A stretch of 64,000 nt of DNA. It comes from Mobula hypostoma (lineage: Eukaryota). Within the stretch, counting starts at the first letter, position 1. Each line of letters begins with the position of its first letter. Of this stretch, positions 50,322 through 62,169 are shown in pieces. Location of the stretch: contig NC_086097.1 of the NCBI RefSeq assembly GCF_963921235.1, forward strand, positions 140,308,001-140,372,000. Reading direction: 5' to 3'. The notes beneath the pieces were generated by a model. It saw only the letters and a program-made list of their open reading frames with translations, had not been told where the DNA came from and did no database searches. The position numbers were made by a program, and so were the translations under genes.

Positions 50322-51401
50322 TACTCTAAAGAGCCATCTCCTAGGAATTCAACAAACTCACTCTCTTGAGATCCATTACCAACCTGATTTTCCCAATCAA
50401 CCTGCATGTTAAAATCTCCCATGACTATCATAACATTGCCCTTTTGACTCACCTTTTCTATCTCCTGTTGTAATCTGAGCTCCACCTCCCAGCCACTGTT
50501 GGGAGGCCTGTATATAACTGCCATGAGGATCCTTTTACCCTTGCAGTTTCTTAACTCAACCCACAAGGATTCAACATCTTCTGATCTTACGTCATATCTT
50601 TCGACTGATTTAATGTCATTCTTTGACAGCAGAGCCATGCCACCCCCTCTGCCTATCTTCCTATCCCTCTGATACAATGTGCAACTTAGGACATTCAGCT
50701 CCCAACCACAACTATCCTTTAGCCACGATTCAGTGATGGTCACATTATACGTGACAATCTGTAATAGTGCAGCAAGATCATCCACTTTATTTTTTATAAC
50801 CTGTGCATTGAGATATAACACTTTGAGTACTGCATTTGCTGCCCTTTTTGATTCTGCATCCCTAATTCCCTGATACTCACTCTGCTGGTGGCACTCATGT
50901 CCTGTCATCTGCCTGCCCCTTCTAACAGTCAGACTGCATGCTATCTTTGCATTTTTACCATTTTCCTATCCTGATTCCCTTCATTCTGGTTCCCGCCCCG
51001 CTACCAAATTAGATTAAATCCTCCACAATAGCTCTAACAAACTTATCCACGAGAATATTGATTCCCCTCCAGGTCAAGTGCAACCCATCACTTTTGAACA
51101 GGTCATACATCCTCCAGAAAAGATCCCAATGATTCAAGAACCTGAAGCCCAGCTTCTCAGCCATGCATTAACTTGCCAAATCATCCTGTTTCTACCCTCT
51201 CTGGCATATGGCACAGGCAATTCATAAATTACTACCTGGGAAGTCCTGCTTCCCAGCTTTCTACTTAGCTCTCTAAATTCTCTTCTCAGGACCCCTTTGC
51301 TTTGCCTTCCTATGTAATTGGTACCAATATGTACCAAGGCATCTGGCTGCTCCCTCCCTCTCCAAAATGTTGTGGATGCGATCTGAGACATCCCTGACCC
51401 T

Positions 51402-52170
51402 TCTGCACCACAGATCTTTACGAACTTCTAAGGAAGTAGAGGTGCCGCTTTGCTTTCTTCGTAATTCCACTTACTTGCATGGCCCAGGACAGGTCTTCTG
51501 AAATAATAACATCAAGGAATTTAAAGTTATTGACCCTCTCCACCTCTGATTTCCCCCGAAGCAAAATGGCTCATGGACCTCTGGTTTCCTCCTCCTGAAG
51601 TCAATAATCAGCTTCTTTGTCTTGTTGACATTGAGTGCAAGGCTGCTGTTGTGGCACCACTCAACCAGATTTTCTGTTTCCGTCCTATATGCTGATTCGT
51701 CACCACCTTTGATTCAGCCAGTAACAGTGTTGTCACAGTCATAAGTGAGTCAAGCAGGAGGCTAAGCACACAGCTTTGTGGTTCACCTGTGCTAATGTAG
51801 ATTGGGGAGAAGCTATTGTTGTCAATCCGAAGTAGCGGGGGTCTGCAAGTGCAGAAATTGAGGATCCAATTGCGCAAGGAGGTATTGCAGCCAAGTTCTT
51901 GAAGTTTATTGATTAGTTTTGAGATTATGATAGTATCAAATGACAAGCTGTAGTTAATAAAGAGCATCTTGATGTATGCATCTTTGCTATCCAGATGTTC
52001 CAAGATTGAGTGAAGAACAAATAAAGTGGCACCTGACGCAAACCTGTTGTGCTAGGAGGCAAACTGGAGTGCATTCAAGTCGTTTTTCAGGCAGGAATTG
52101 ATAGGTTTCATCACCAACCACTCATAGTACTTCATCACAGTGGATGAAGGTACTACTGGATGATAGTCAT
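51402..52170 (-). mobile_element. Rex1/Babar-type LINE RT region (probably continues 47545-48143)
   Basis: EHLDSKDAYIKMLFINYSLSFDTII...STGEPQSCVLSLLL. Confidence 0.75.
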
Positions 52171-52339
52171 TTAGTCATTTTTTTTTATCCCTCTGGAAAA
52201 ATACCACAATGTTTTCTCTTCCAATTCCTCTAAATTCACTGGAAGGATAAGTGAACACTGGGCATCATGACAGAGGGTTAGCAGCATTAAGGTGGGCAAG
52301 GTAGGGTATTTCAGTTTTCTTAAGTCTGATAGTTTATGA

Positions 52340-52970
52340 AAGGGTGAGCAATTGCAGTAAGTGGAGTAGCCTGCTCCTCGTTAAAGATGTGGGAGGTCAC
52401 ATGCCCCTGACAACTTTGTCCACAGGAGGCATTCCAACTGCAACTCCTGTCAGTTCAGATGGTTCCATCGGGGCAGCAGTTGGACTCACTGAGGAGCATA
52501 CACGAGGTCGAGAATGTTATAGGCAGGAGTTTCAGGGAGGTGGTCACACCAAAGGTTCATTCTGATAGACGGGTAATCACTGGAGTGGCAGGCAGGTAGT
52601 GCAGGAATTTTCTGGGCAGTTGTTCCCTTCTCAAAGAAGTACATCCTTTTGATACTATTGCAATAGCGGGGGGGGGGGTGGGGGAGGTAAGGGTGATCAC
52701 TAGCGGCAGCAGCAGGTGGATAGTTCAGGAATTTCCTGTGGTTACTCTCTTCACAAAGTAGTACATCCTTTTGGATACTATTGCAATGGGAGGGGGGCAA
52801 AGGGTAATTTCAGGATTCCTCCCTGGCTACATGCCAGCAAAGCAATAATTAGATAGATAATACAGTTGAATGTGTGCCTAAGATGCTGGTGCAGGAGGGA
52901 GAGCTTCTGGTACAGGGATCATTAGGCTCTCTTCCACTTCAGTTGAGACCTATACAAGGAGGACAGATTA
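52340..52970 (+). pseudogene. Degraded CR1 ORF1 remnant with internal duplication
   Basis: Colinear with 13810-14660 ('agatgtgggaggtc', 'gggaggtggtcacacc', 'aagtacatccttttggatact'). The 52600-52690 segment is repeated at 52725-52800. Confidence 0.6.
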
Positions 52971-53540
52971 CCATAAGACCATACCATAAAAGAACAGAAT
53001 TAGGCTATTTGGTCCATCGAGTCTGCTTCGCCATTTCAACATGGCTAATTCATTTCCCTCTCAGCCCCAATCTCCTGCCACCTCCCAGTATCCCTTCATG
53101 CCCTGACTAATCAAGAATCTATCAACCTCTGCGTTAAATGTATCCAATGACTTGTCCTCCACAGCCACCTGTGGCAAGGAGTTCCACAGATTCACCACTT
53201 TCTGGCTAAAGAAGTTCCTCCTCATCTTCTTTCTATATGGATGCCCCACTATTCTGAGGCTGTGCCCTCTGGTCTTGGACTCCCCAACCACAGGAAACAT
53301 CCTCTCCACAGTTACTCTATTGAGGCCTTTCAACATTCGATGGGTTTCAATGAGGTCACCTCTCATTCTTCTGAATTTCAGTGAGTAGAGGCCCAGAGCC
53401 ATCAAATGTTTCCCATATGATAAGCCTTTCAATTCAGGAATAATTTTCATGAACGTCCTTTGAACCCTCTCCAATGTCAGCAGATCCTTTGTGAGATAAA
53501 GGGCCCAAAACTGCTCACAATGCTTCAAGTGAGGCCTCAC

Positions 53541-56409
53541 CTGTGCCTTGAGTTAAAAAATACATGTGGACTAAGATGTTAACTGTCCTGTGCTATCACC
53601 AGTGGGATCATCAGTTGATCTGCCACCTGTCTTCAGGAGTTTCAGCCTGCTTATGATCAAGACCCCCTCGAGGTGGTGGGCCAGCAGTGCTAAAGCACCA
53701 CCTCCCACTGGTGAGCTTAAAAACTTGGCATTTGCCTCTATCAGTCACTTCCATCCAACAGATAGTCTGCTCTTTAGGTGACTATGCAACTACTGAAGGG
53801 TTTGCAAGATATGTATATACTGTCTAACTATCTGCCCCTCTGGACGTACTCGGTCCACACCCATGCTGATCCTTTCTCTGCCCACACCCATGCTGATCCT
53901 TTCTCTGCTGCCTCAGCTACAGCCCTGCTGGTTGACTTGATCTCTCTTCTAGTGAAGCCAAGATCATGCAGCCACTTCTAGAAAGTGAACGCAATAAACC
54001 CACGGCAGCCTACTTCGAATGGATAGCATGAGACCTTCCACCCTCTGTCTCTGCACTCTGATCTTAATTCTGCATACTTGGTTAACTTACGCTCATGGGC
54101 TTCATCGATGTTGTCCTCCCAGGGGACTGTGAGTTCACCAATAACCACTTCTCTACCGGTGTCAGACCATATGATTATATCTGGATGCAATGTGGTGAAA
54201 GCTATTTGCTCCGAGAAACTGTCTTTCCCATCCAGGTTGGCCTTGACACACCAATCATTGGCTGAAGAAAGTATGCTTGATCGTGAGCCTGTGCTGTACA
54301 CCCTTGACTTGGAGCCTTCTTTCACAAATGATATGCGATGTTTTGTGCAGCATGGGGCATGAGATAAATTGTGCTGCAGTACTCTCTGCTCAACCGCTTC
54401 TGTCACAACTTTGAGAACGTTGTTATGTCTCCAAGTGTACATGCCGCTGGAAAGATTGCCTCTGCATGCACTCAAAATATGTTGCAGTGTTCCCTTCTCG
54501 CCATAAGCAGCACACCTGTCTGTCTTATCTTCATACCAGGTGCTGAGGTTGGCAGGTGTTGGGAACAGATCGTACGCTGCTCTGCATAGAAAAGAAATGC
54601 GGAGCGGTTCCATCTGCCACAGAACATCCCAAGATAGATGTCGTTGTTCAACACTTTCCCACCAGGTCCAAGCCCCTTGTTGGTCAGGCCAGCTGTTTTA
54701 GCTAACCTCTTCTCCTCTTCTACCTCTCGAACTTCTTGTGTTTCAAGCTCACGGCGCTCCTTACCTGTAGAAGATGACCACCACTTGTGGATTATCCATC
54801 CAAGTCCCTGGCAGCCTAGCTGGATAGCCCCAAGCGTCTCCTTGTGCTTCAATCTAGACTCTGCCTCATCAACTGCTACACGGGCTGACCACTTCCTGCC
54901 TGATCTCACATCCGACTGGGTGTTCTTGATGATAGGGTCCTTGAGTCTCGAAGCATCAAGAATGATCTTACCTTGGCTACCTTGACCTCTTCAACAAGGG
55001 ATTGCACTGGGATGGTAAGCTTTATCTGGCTACTGTGGGTTGCAACATTGGTGAGGCTGCTCGGTACTCCAAGCCACTTCTTCACATACTTGTTGATCTT
55101 CCGTTCCATTGCCTCAACATGGGACATCGCCACTTCATAGACAGTTAGTGGCCACATTATCCGTGGCATCAGCCCGTACTGCAAGCACCACAACTTCAAC
55201 TTGCCAGGCAAGTCACACTTGTCAACAGACATCAGACCTCTGCTGATCTGTTCTCCTGTCTCTTGAACTCTCTTGGTGTCTCTCAGCTCCTCTGTGTACC
55301 ATCGCCCGAGGCTCTTAACTGGTTGATCCTGAATGGATGGAATCTCCTCTCCACAAAGGGTGAAATGAAAGTCAACCAGCTTTCTTCTCCTAAGAACAAT
55401 GCTCCTTGACTTCTTGGTCTTGAACTTCATTCTTCCCCGATCCATTAGCTCCTCGAGTCTAGATAGTACATTTTCCACTGCCTCCATGCTGGGACCCAAA
55501 AGGGTGAGATCATCCATGAACACTCATATTGGTGGTAACTCCCCTCCGCCATCAAGTGCGACACCTGGTCCCACTGATTCTACAGCCCTCACAATGACCT
55601 CCATGGCTAACTCAAAAAGGATGGGTGAAATCACACATCCCATTGGGATTCCAACATCCAAGCTCTGCCACCTAGTTGTAAACTGTTGAGTGGAAAACCT
55701 CATCCGGAAATAGTTGTAGGACTGCATAACAAAGTTCCTCACCTTAGCAAGAATCCATAGGAATTCCATCACAAACTCAATCAGGACATGGGGAACAGAA
55801 CCATACACATTTGCCAGATCAAGCCAAACTACAGCCAGATTTCTTCTCAACCTTTTTGACTCCTGGATGGTACGCCATATCATACTAGAGTGTTCAAGGC
55901 ATCCTGTGAAGCCTGGTATTCCATTCTCTATCACAAATGAAGATATTCTTTCTGCCAGAATGCCAAACATAATCATCCCCTCTACATTCAGGAGTGAAAT
56001 TGGTCAGAACTGATTCAATGTAGAAGAATTCTCTTCCTTCGGGATGTATACTCCTTCAGCCTCACTCCATGACAAAGGAACAACACCTTGTCTCCACACC
56101 ACCTTGAACAATATCCACAAGTATTTCCTCAGCTCTTCACACTTCTTGAACACCTTATATGGTACTCCATTAGGTCCTAGCACTGAGCCTGACCTTGCCT
56201 TTCTGATGAACCGTTCAACTTCTGCCAATTTGGGTTCTGACAGATCGAACTTCACTCCGGACTTGGTAAGCTTCACAATCCCTGAAATGTCAAGCAAAGG
56301 AGCCTCCCGCTGTTCGTTAGAGTAAGTGCTTGCCAGGTGATCCTCGAGTTCTTCTTGAGAGATGTTAAGCTGCCCGCTCTTACTTTGTTCAAACAGTTTC
56401 TTTGTGAAC
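53541..56409 (-). mobile_element. RLE-type non-LTR retrotransposon, Hero-like (R2 group), 5'-truncated
   Basis: RT motifs VWLDLANVYGSVPH, GIPMGCVISP and FMDDLT; a degenerate CCHC knuckle (CAAY..HILSAC) followed by RHNNV; restriction-like endonuclease PDIIIW..ELTVPWE..KLTKY..EVGCRG. Confidence 0.88.
53830..56400 (-). pseudogene. Hero-like ORF (RT + restriction-like endonuclease), disrupted
   Basis: Five consecutive minus-strand ORFs (56004-56297, 55524-55976, 54906-55523, 54472-54909, 53978-54613) joined by stops and frameshifts. Confidence 0.85.
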
Positions 56410-57355
56410 TAAAACCTCAACACAACATCCATGCTTTATAGTCTAGTCCTCTCGAAATAAATGCTAACATTGCATTTGCCTTCATCACCACTGACTCAAC
56501 CTGCAAATTAACCTTTAGGTAATCCTGCATGAAGATTCCCAAGTCCCTTTACACCTCAGATTTTTCAATTTTCTCTCCATTTAGAAAATAGTCTTTGCTT
56601 TTATTTCTTCTAGCAAAGTGCATAACCGTACACTTCCTGACACTGTATTCCATTTGCCACTTCTTTGCCCATTCTCCTAATCTGTCTAGGTCCTTCTGTA
56701 GCCTCTCTGCTTCCTCAACAGTACCTGCCCCTCCACCTATCTTCGTATCGTATCATCTGCAAACTTGGCCATAAAGCCATCAATTTCGTCATCCAAATCA
56801 TTCGTCATCCAAATCATTGACATATAACAAAAAGAATCAGTCCCAACACAGACCCATGTGGAACACCAGTGGTCATCAGCAGCCAACCAGAAAAGGCTCC
56901 CTTTATTCCCACTCTTTGCCTCCTGCCAATCAGCCACTGTGTTATCCATGCTAAAATCTTTCTTGTAATACCATGGGCTGGTAGCTTTCTAAGCAGTTTC
57001 ATGTGCAGTACCTTGTCAAAGGCCTTCTGAAAATCCAAGTGCACAACATCAACTGATTCTCCTTTATCTATCCTGCGTGTTGCTTCTTCAGGGAATTCCA
57101 ATAGATCAGTCAAGCACAATTTTCTCTGAAGGAAACCATGATGACTTCAGGCCATTTTACCACGTGTCTCCAAGTACCCCAGAACCACATCCTCAACAAT
57201 CATCTTGAACATATTCTCAACTACTGAGGTCAGACTAAGTGGGCTATAATTTCCTTTCTTCTGCCACTTTCCCTTCTTGAAGAGTGGAGAGACATTTCCA
57301 ATTTTCCAGTCCCCTGGAACTTTTGCAGAATCAATTGATTCTTGAATGATCACCA

Positions 57356-57830
57356 CAATCTGTTTTTCCAGTTGTGTACAAATCCTATCCCTCAGCGTCA
57401 CCATCACCTCCAAGAATTTTCCTGCCACTGAATTAAGACATATTATCCTATCATTTCTGAGTTTCTCCATATTACCCTTCTTAAGCCAAGAAACAATACT
57501 CTTCAGTCCTCTGGTAACTTGTCTGTAGTTCAAGATTACAAACATCTCTTGCCATCTCCATAACTTGGGATAGATCCCAGCAGACCTTGGGAATTTACCC
57601 ACCTTAATATTCCTCAAAGACACAACACCTCCACCTTCTTGATATCAACGTGCCCTGGTGTTTCTGCATATCCCTTTCAGACCTCACTATCCTGCAAGTA
57701 TTTTTACTTGCTGAATACTGAGGTGTTTAGTACCTCGCTCATTTCCTCAGGCTTCAGGTACAAATTCCTTATCTTTCCTTAAGCACCTTCTCCCTGACTT
57801 TTAAATGGCTCCTACATGTCAGATGTGGAC
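57356..57830 (-). mobile_element. Older CR1 ORF2 fragment
   Basis: KFPRSAGIYPKL...KKGNMEKLRNDRIICLNSVAGKFLE. Confidence 0.6.
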
Positions 57831-57899
57831 TTAGCAAAGAATAGCCACTTTGAATCTACTCTTCCAAGCTCCTGTCATTGTTATTAGCCTTTTCTGCTT

Positions 57900-58280
57900 T
57901 TAGCCAAGTTATAGTGAGAAGTTGCATGGGCCAGGATTTTATGCTTTGGAGAGTAGGAGACTGAGGAGTGTGTAAAATCAGAAAGGGAATAGATAGACTG
58001 AACACAGTCTTTTTCCAGGGAAGAGGAACTAAAAACAGATTTAAGATGAGAGGAGAAACACTCAAAAGGAACTTGAGGAACAACTCCTTCACGGTATATG
58101 GAATGTGTACATGGAATGAAGTGCCAGAGGAATGGGTTCAGGCAACTTTTAAAAGATATTTGGATAAGTACATGGTGTTGAGGGATATGGGCCAAATGTA
58201 GGCAAATGTAATTAGCTTCATGGGCACTATGATCAGCATGGACAAGTTGGGCTGAAATACTCCATGACTCTGACTATCTG
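57900..58280 (+). mobile_element. CR1 3' fragment
   Basis: KIRKGIDRLN...WNEVPEE...FKRYLDKYM followed by a tail. Confidence 0.75.
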
Positions 58281-60019
58281 AAAATGTATTGAATTATGAT
58301 CTCCCACTGAATCTCTGATCACAGAGCCAGACTTACTTCCCAATCAAAAGTCTAGTATGGCCCCTATCCTGACTGGACTATTGATCTACCCTGAAGGACA
58401 TGTGAATTGGATAAGTTTTACAAGTCTGGTAATTTTGTGATCATCATTAAAACTATCTTTCACATTTCATTTAAAATCCGGCATGTAAATTTCCATAACT
58501 TAAATCTGGACATGTTTCTGGATTGATCATCCAGTAACTTCACCTGTATGTTACCTTGTACAACTTGAATAGATTTTAAGGAAAATTGAAAGGAGGAAAA
58601 TGTGTCAATGCAACCAAATACATCAATGCCATGCTTGAAATGGATGCATTAAATATCTGATATACAGATTCAAAGATCAGCCAAACAATGTAAATACAAA
58701 GACATCAAACATAATTTACTACTGTTGATACTTTCACTCCCAAAATGAATAGTTAAAAACTGCAAACTCCATTGACAACTGCCAAAGCATCAATATACAT
58801 ATTGCACCTTTTTATGAAAGAAGAAAAAAACCTGATACTCAATTGCAAACACAAACTGTTAAAATGCTCATTAATAAAAATTTAATACAATAAAACTCAT
58901 TTGAAATTTGTGCAATATCATAAGTTGAATTTTCACTACTGAGGTAAACAACATTGGATATTAACTTTGGGGGAAAAAAAACTTAGCAAACAGGCCATCA
59001 AGTAGTCAGGTATTTAGTTACCAAGCCTAAACTAAAAGAACAGAAGAACTTTTGTTTCCATGTCTTTCCTTAACCGTCTCAGACAGTCACTGAAAGCAGA
59101 TTTTAACAGACACTGGACTATCGTAATCTGATTAATATAATAAGGCTCAGGTATTCTGACCATCCATCATATATGTCCACATAAAGATCTTAGAGAAATA
59201 TCTTAGCATGCACAAGTTAGTCAGCTTCTTTTGCACAACAATGCAGACAAATGCTTTTCAAAACATCCACACCAATCAGTCTAATTACTGGATTTTGCAT
59301 GTTTCGAGTAGACAGTTCTGTAATCACTAGGCACTCTTAATATGAAAAATGAAAAGGCTCCTTGTCCAGATTTGAACCTTTTAATAAGCTACACAGAGCA
59401 AGAGCAGAGAAATGTTTAAATTGCAGATGCTATCTTGGTATTCTGACAACTGGTAGACTAGCTACAAATGACCTCTAAGAAAAGGGGAAAAAAATCCAGT
59501 TTTGATGGAATGCAGAACAAGTGAACATTTGAGTCCAAAAGAGAGTTCACTGAAACTTTTAATTGTTCCCTTCATGTGTTTTGAGGTTTCTCTTTGAATG
59601 TTATGTCATGGTTCTCCGAGAATGACACAAAGCAGGTAACTTCACCATTACAACATAGTGAAAATAAAGGAGCAGTGACGTATTTGCAAGTCTAGGTGGA
59701 ATTTGAGTAATAGTTCCTGTGCATTAAGTCACAGTAAGTTGGTGGGTAACTGAAGGATGCCACTACAAATTAAGGCAATACCAAAGACGAACAACTTATT
59801 TACTACACATCGAATTATAACAAAGGATGGGGGCAAATTGTTCTCTCTGGTGCACAGTTTCTAGTAAATATATCACACTGAGCAGGTTGACTAACTTACA
59901 ATGAACAGAGTTTGGTTTGCCATGCATGTTCAAACTTAAGTACAAGCTATAGTGCCAAAAGGAATTCCAGACAATATATATTTCAGAAGATTAATTTACT
60001 TCACTTTTACAAACTTTCT

Positions 60020-60960
60020 GTTAGTAGGTTTGCAAATGATACAAAGATTGGTGGTGCTGTGGATAGTGTAGCAGACTGGCAAAGAATACAGCAGGATATA
60101 GATCAATTGCAGATATTGGCAGAGAAATAGCAGATGAAGTTTAACCTGGCCAAATATGTAGTGCTGCACGTTGGTAGGCCAAGTGTAAAGAGAGTCCATT
60201 GTTAAGGGCAAGACCCTTAACAATGTTGATGAGCAGAGGTATCTTGGGGTCAATGCTCATGGCTCGCTGAAAGTGGCCACAGAACTGATAAGGTGGTTAA
60301 AAAGGAATATGGCATGCTTGCCTTTATTAGTTGAAAATTTCAAAAGTCAGGAAGTTAAGCTGCAGTTTTATAAAACTCAGAATTATTGCATACAGTTCTG
60401 GTCACTCCATCGTGGGAAGGATATCACGGCTTTGGAGCAGGGAGCAGAGGAGGTTTACCAGGATGCTGCCTGGATTAGTGGACATGTGCTATAATGAGAG
60501 GTTGGACAAACTTGGGTTGTTTACTCTGAAGTGGCAGAGGCTGACGGGAGATCTGATAAAGGTTTCTAAGATTATAAGAGGCTTAGGTAGAGTAGACAAC
60601 ATACAAGATCTTTTTTTCCCCTAGGGTTGAAATGTCTAATACCAGAGGGCATACATTTAAGGTGATAGGGAGCAAGTTCAAAGGAGATGTAAGGGGCAAG
60701 TTTTTCTCCCCCCAAAGAGAGTGGTAGATGCCTGGAATGCACTGCATGTGGTGCTGATAGAGGCAAATACATACATTAGGGACTTCAAAAAGACATTTAG
60801 CTAGGCACATGAGCGTAAGAAAAATGGAGGGATATGGACATTGTGTAGGTAGAAAGGACTAGTTCAACTGGCCATTTGATTACTAACTTAATTAGTTCAG
60901 AATAACATTATGGACCAAGGGCCTGTTCATGTGCCGTACTGTTCTATGACCTATGTTCTA
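60020..60960 (+). mobile_element. CR1 LINE 3' fragment, degraded
   Basis: RFANDTKIGG and RRFTRMLPGL; tail 'ttctatgacctatgttcta'. Confidence 0.85.
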
Positions 60961-61622
60961 CAACACAAATCCTGCAGATATACAGTAATTTTTGGAATTT
61001 GACATTTCTCCATGTCTCTAGAACAAGATAAGTTTGTAATTTCATCAATGAGATGAAAGCAAAAGAAATATACCCAAGGAAAAGTAAGTGTTATGAGGAA
61101 CAACCAATTGTTTGGTTAATTCATAAATGAGGGAAGACGAGGGATGGGGCCATCACTGAAAATGCACACAGGGAATGCTAGGATATGAGAAATAAAGAAA
61201 AAGATAAAGAGACTGTGGAGGGTCATGGAACCAAGGGCAGAATGAGGAGAAGTGAGAGTTTGGAGAGAGGAGGTAGCAGGCATGGATGAGCCTGGTTAGG
61301 CATACTCGTAAGCATAGAGTCACACCCTACAAACAATGTGACAGGCTCTGGGAAGGTGCACCTTCGTCTTCCCCAGAGGTAGCAGTGGTACACAGGTGGA
61401 AAAGAGTGGCCCTTAACTCCTCTAAAACTGACTTCAGATGTACTTTTATGGGCTGGAGATCGAATGGTTCTCCCTGAGAACAATGTTCTTTAATTGTTGA
61501 AGCAGAGCTCCTTCACTTTAGAAGAAGCACAAAGACACAAGCTGGAGTTCAGAAGGACATGGACATGCACAATCACAGAATGGTTACACCATGGTGAGAG
61601 GATATTTGGTCTACTGAGTCTA

Positions 61623-62070
61623 CACTCAGTGGCCATTTTATTAGGTACACCTGTTCGTTAATGCAAATATCTAGTCAGCCAGTCATCTGGTAACAACTCA
61701 GTGCATAAAAGCATGCAGATGTGGTCAAGCGGTTCAGTTGTTATTCAGATTAAATATCAGAATGGGGAAGAAATGTGATCTAAGTAACTTTATGGTGCCA
61801 GACAGAGTGGTTTGAATATCGCAAAAACTGACGAACTCCAAGGGTTATCACACATAACCATCTCTAGAATTTAGAGAGAATGGAGTGAAAGACAAAAGTA
61901 CAATAAGTGGCAGTCCTATGGGCAAAACACCTTTTTAATGACAGAGGTCAGAGGAGACGGCCAGACTAGTTCAAGCTGACAGGAAAGTGACAGTAACTCA
62001 AATAACCATGAGTTACGACAGTGGTGTGCAGAAGTGCACCTGTAAATTCACAATATGTTGAGCTTTGAGA
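61623..62070 (+). mobile_element. Tc1-like DNA transposon, left end with transposase N-terminus
   Basis: TA followed by a 'cactcagtggccattttattaggtacacc' terminus; MGKKCDLSNF..GARQSGLNIAKT..DRGQRR..RLVQADRKVTVTQI. No right TIR seen. Confidence 0.8.
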
Positions 62071-62169
62071 CACTTATCCAGCTGTCTTTACAAATTAATA
62101 TGTCTCCATTACTATCCCAAACAACTTATGTAGAGATAAAAGGTACATACATAAAGATGTATAAAAACA

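Larger units (their letters stand above)
48144..51400 (-). mobile_element. Large degraded CR1 LINE (ORF1 C-terminus, APE, RT with deletions, tail)
   Basis: VHIGTN esterase block, LKVLYLNAQ..ITESW..GDFN APE motifs, FQKAFDKVPH RT motif, and tail 'gaccataagatatagg'. Confidence 0.9.
52971..57355 (-). mobile_element. CR1 LINE split by a Hero-like element (parts 52971-53540 and 56410-57355)
   Basis: Tail 'ccataagaccataccata', ORF 53061-53540, and RT peptides DFQKAFDKV and KFADDT. The host is continuous across the insert (gccttg | taaaacctc). Confidence 0.9.
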
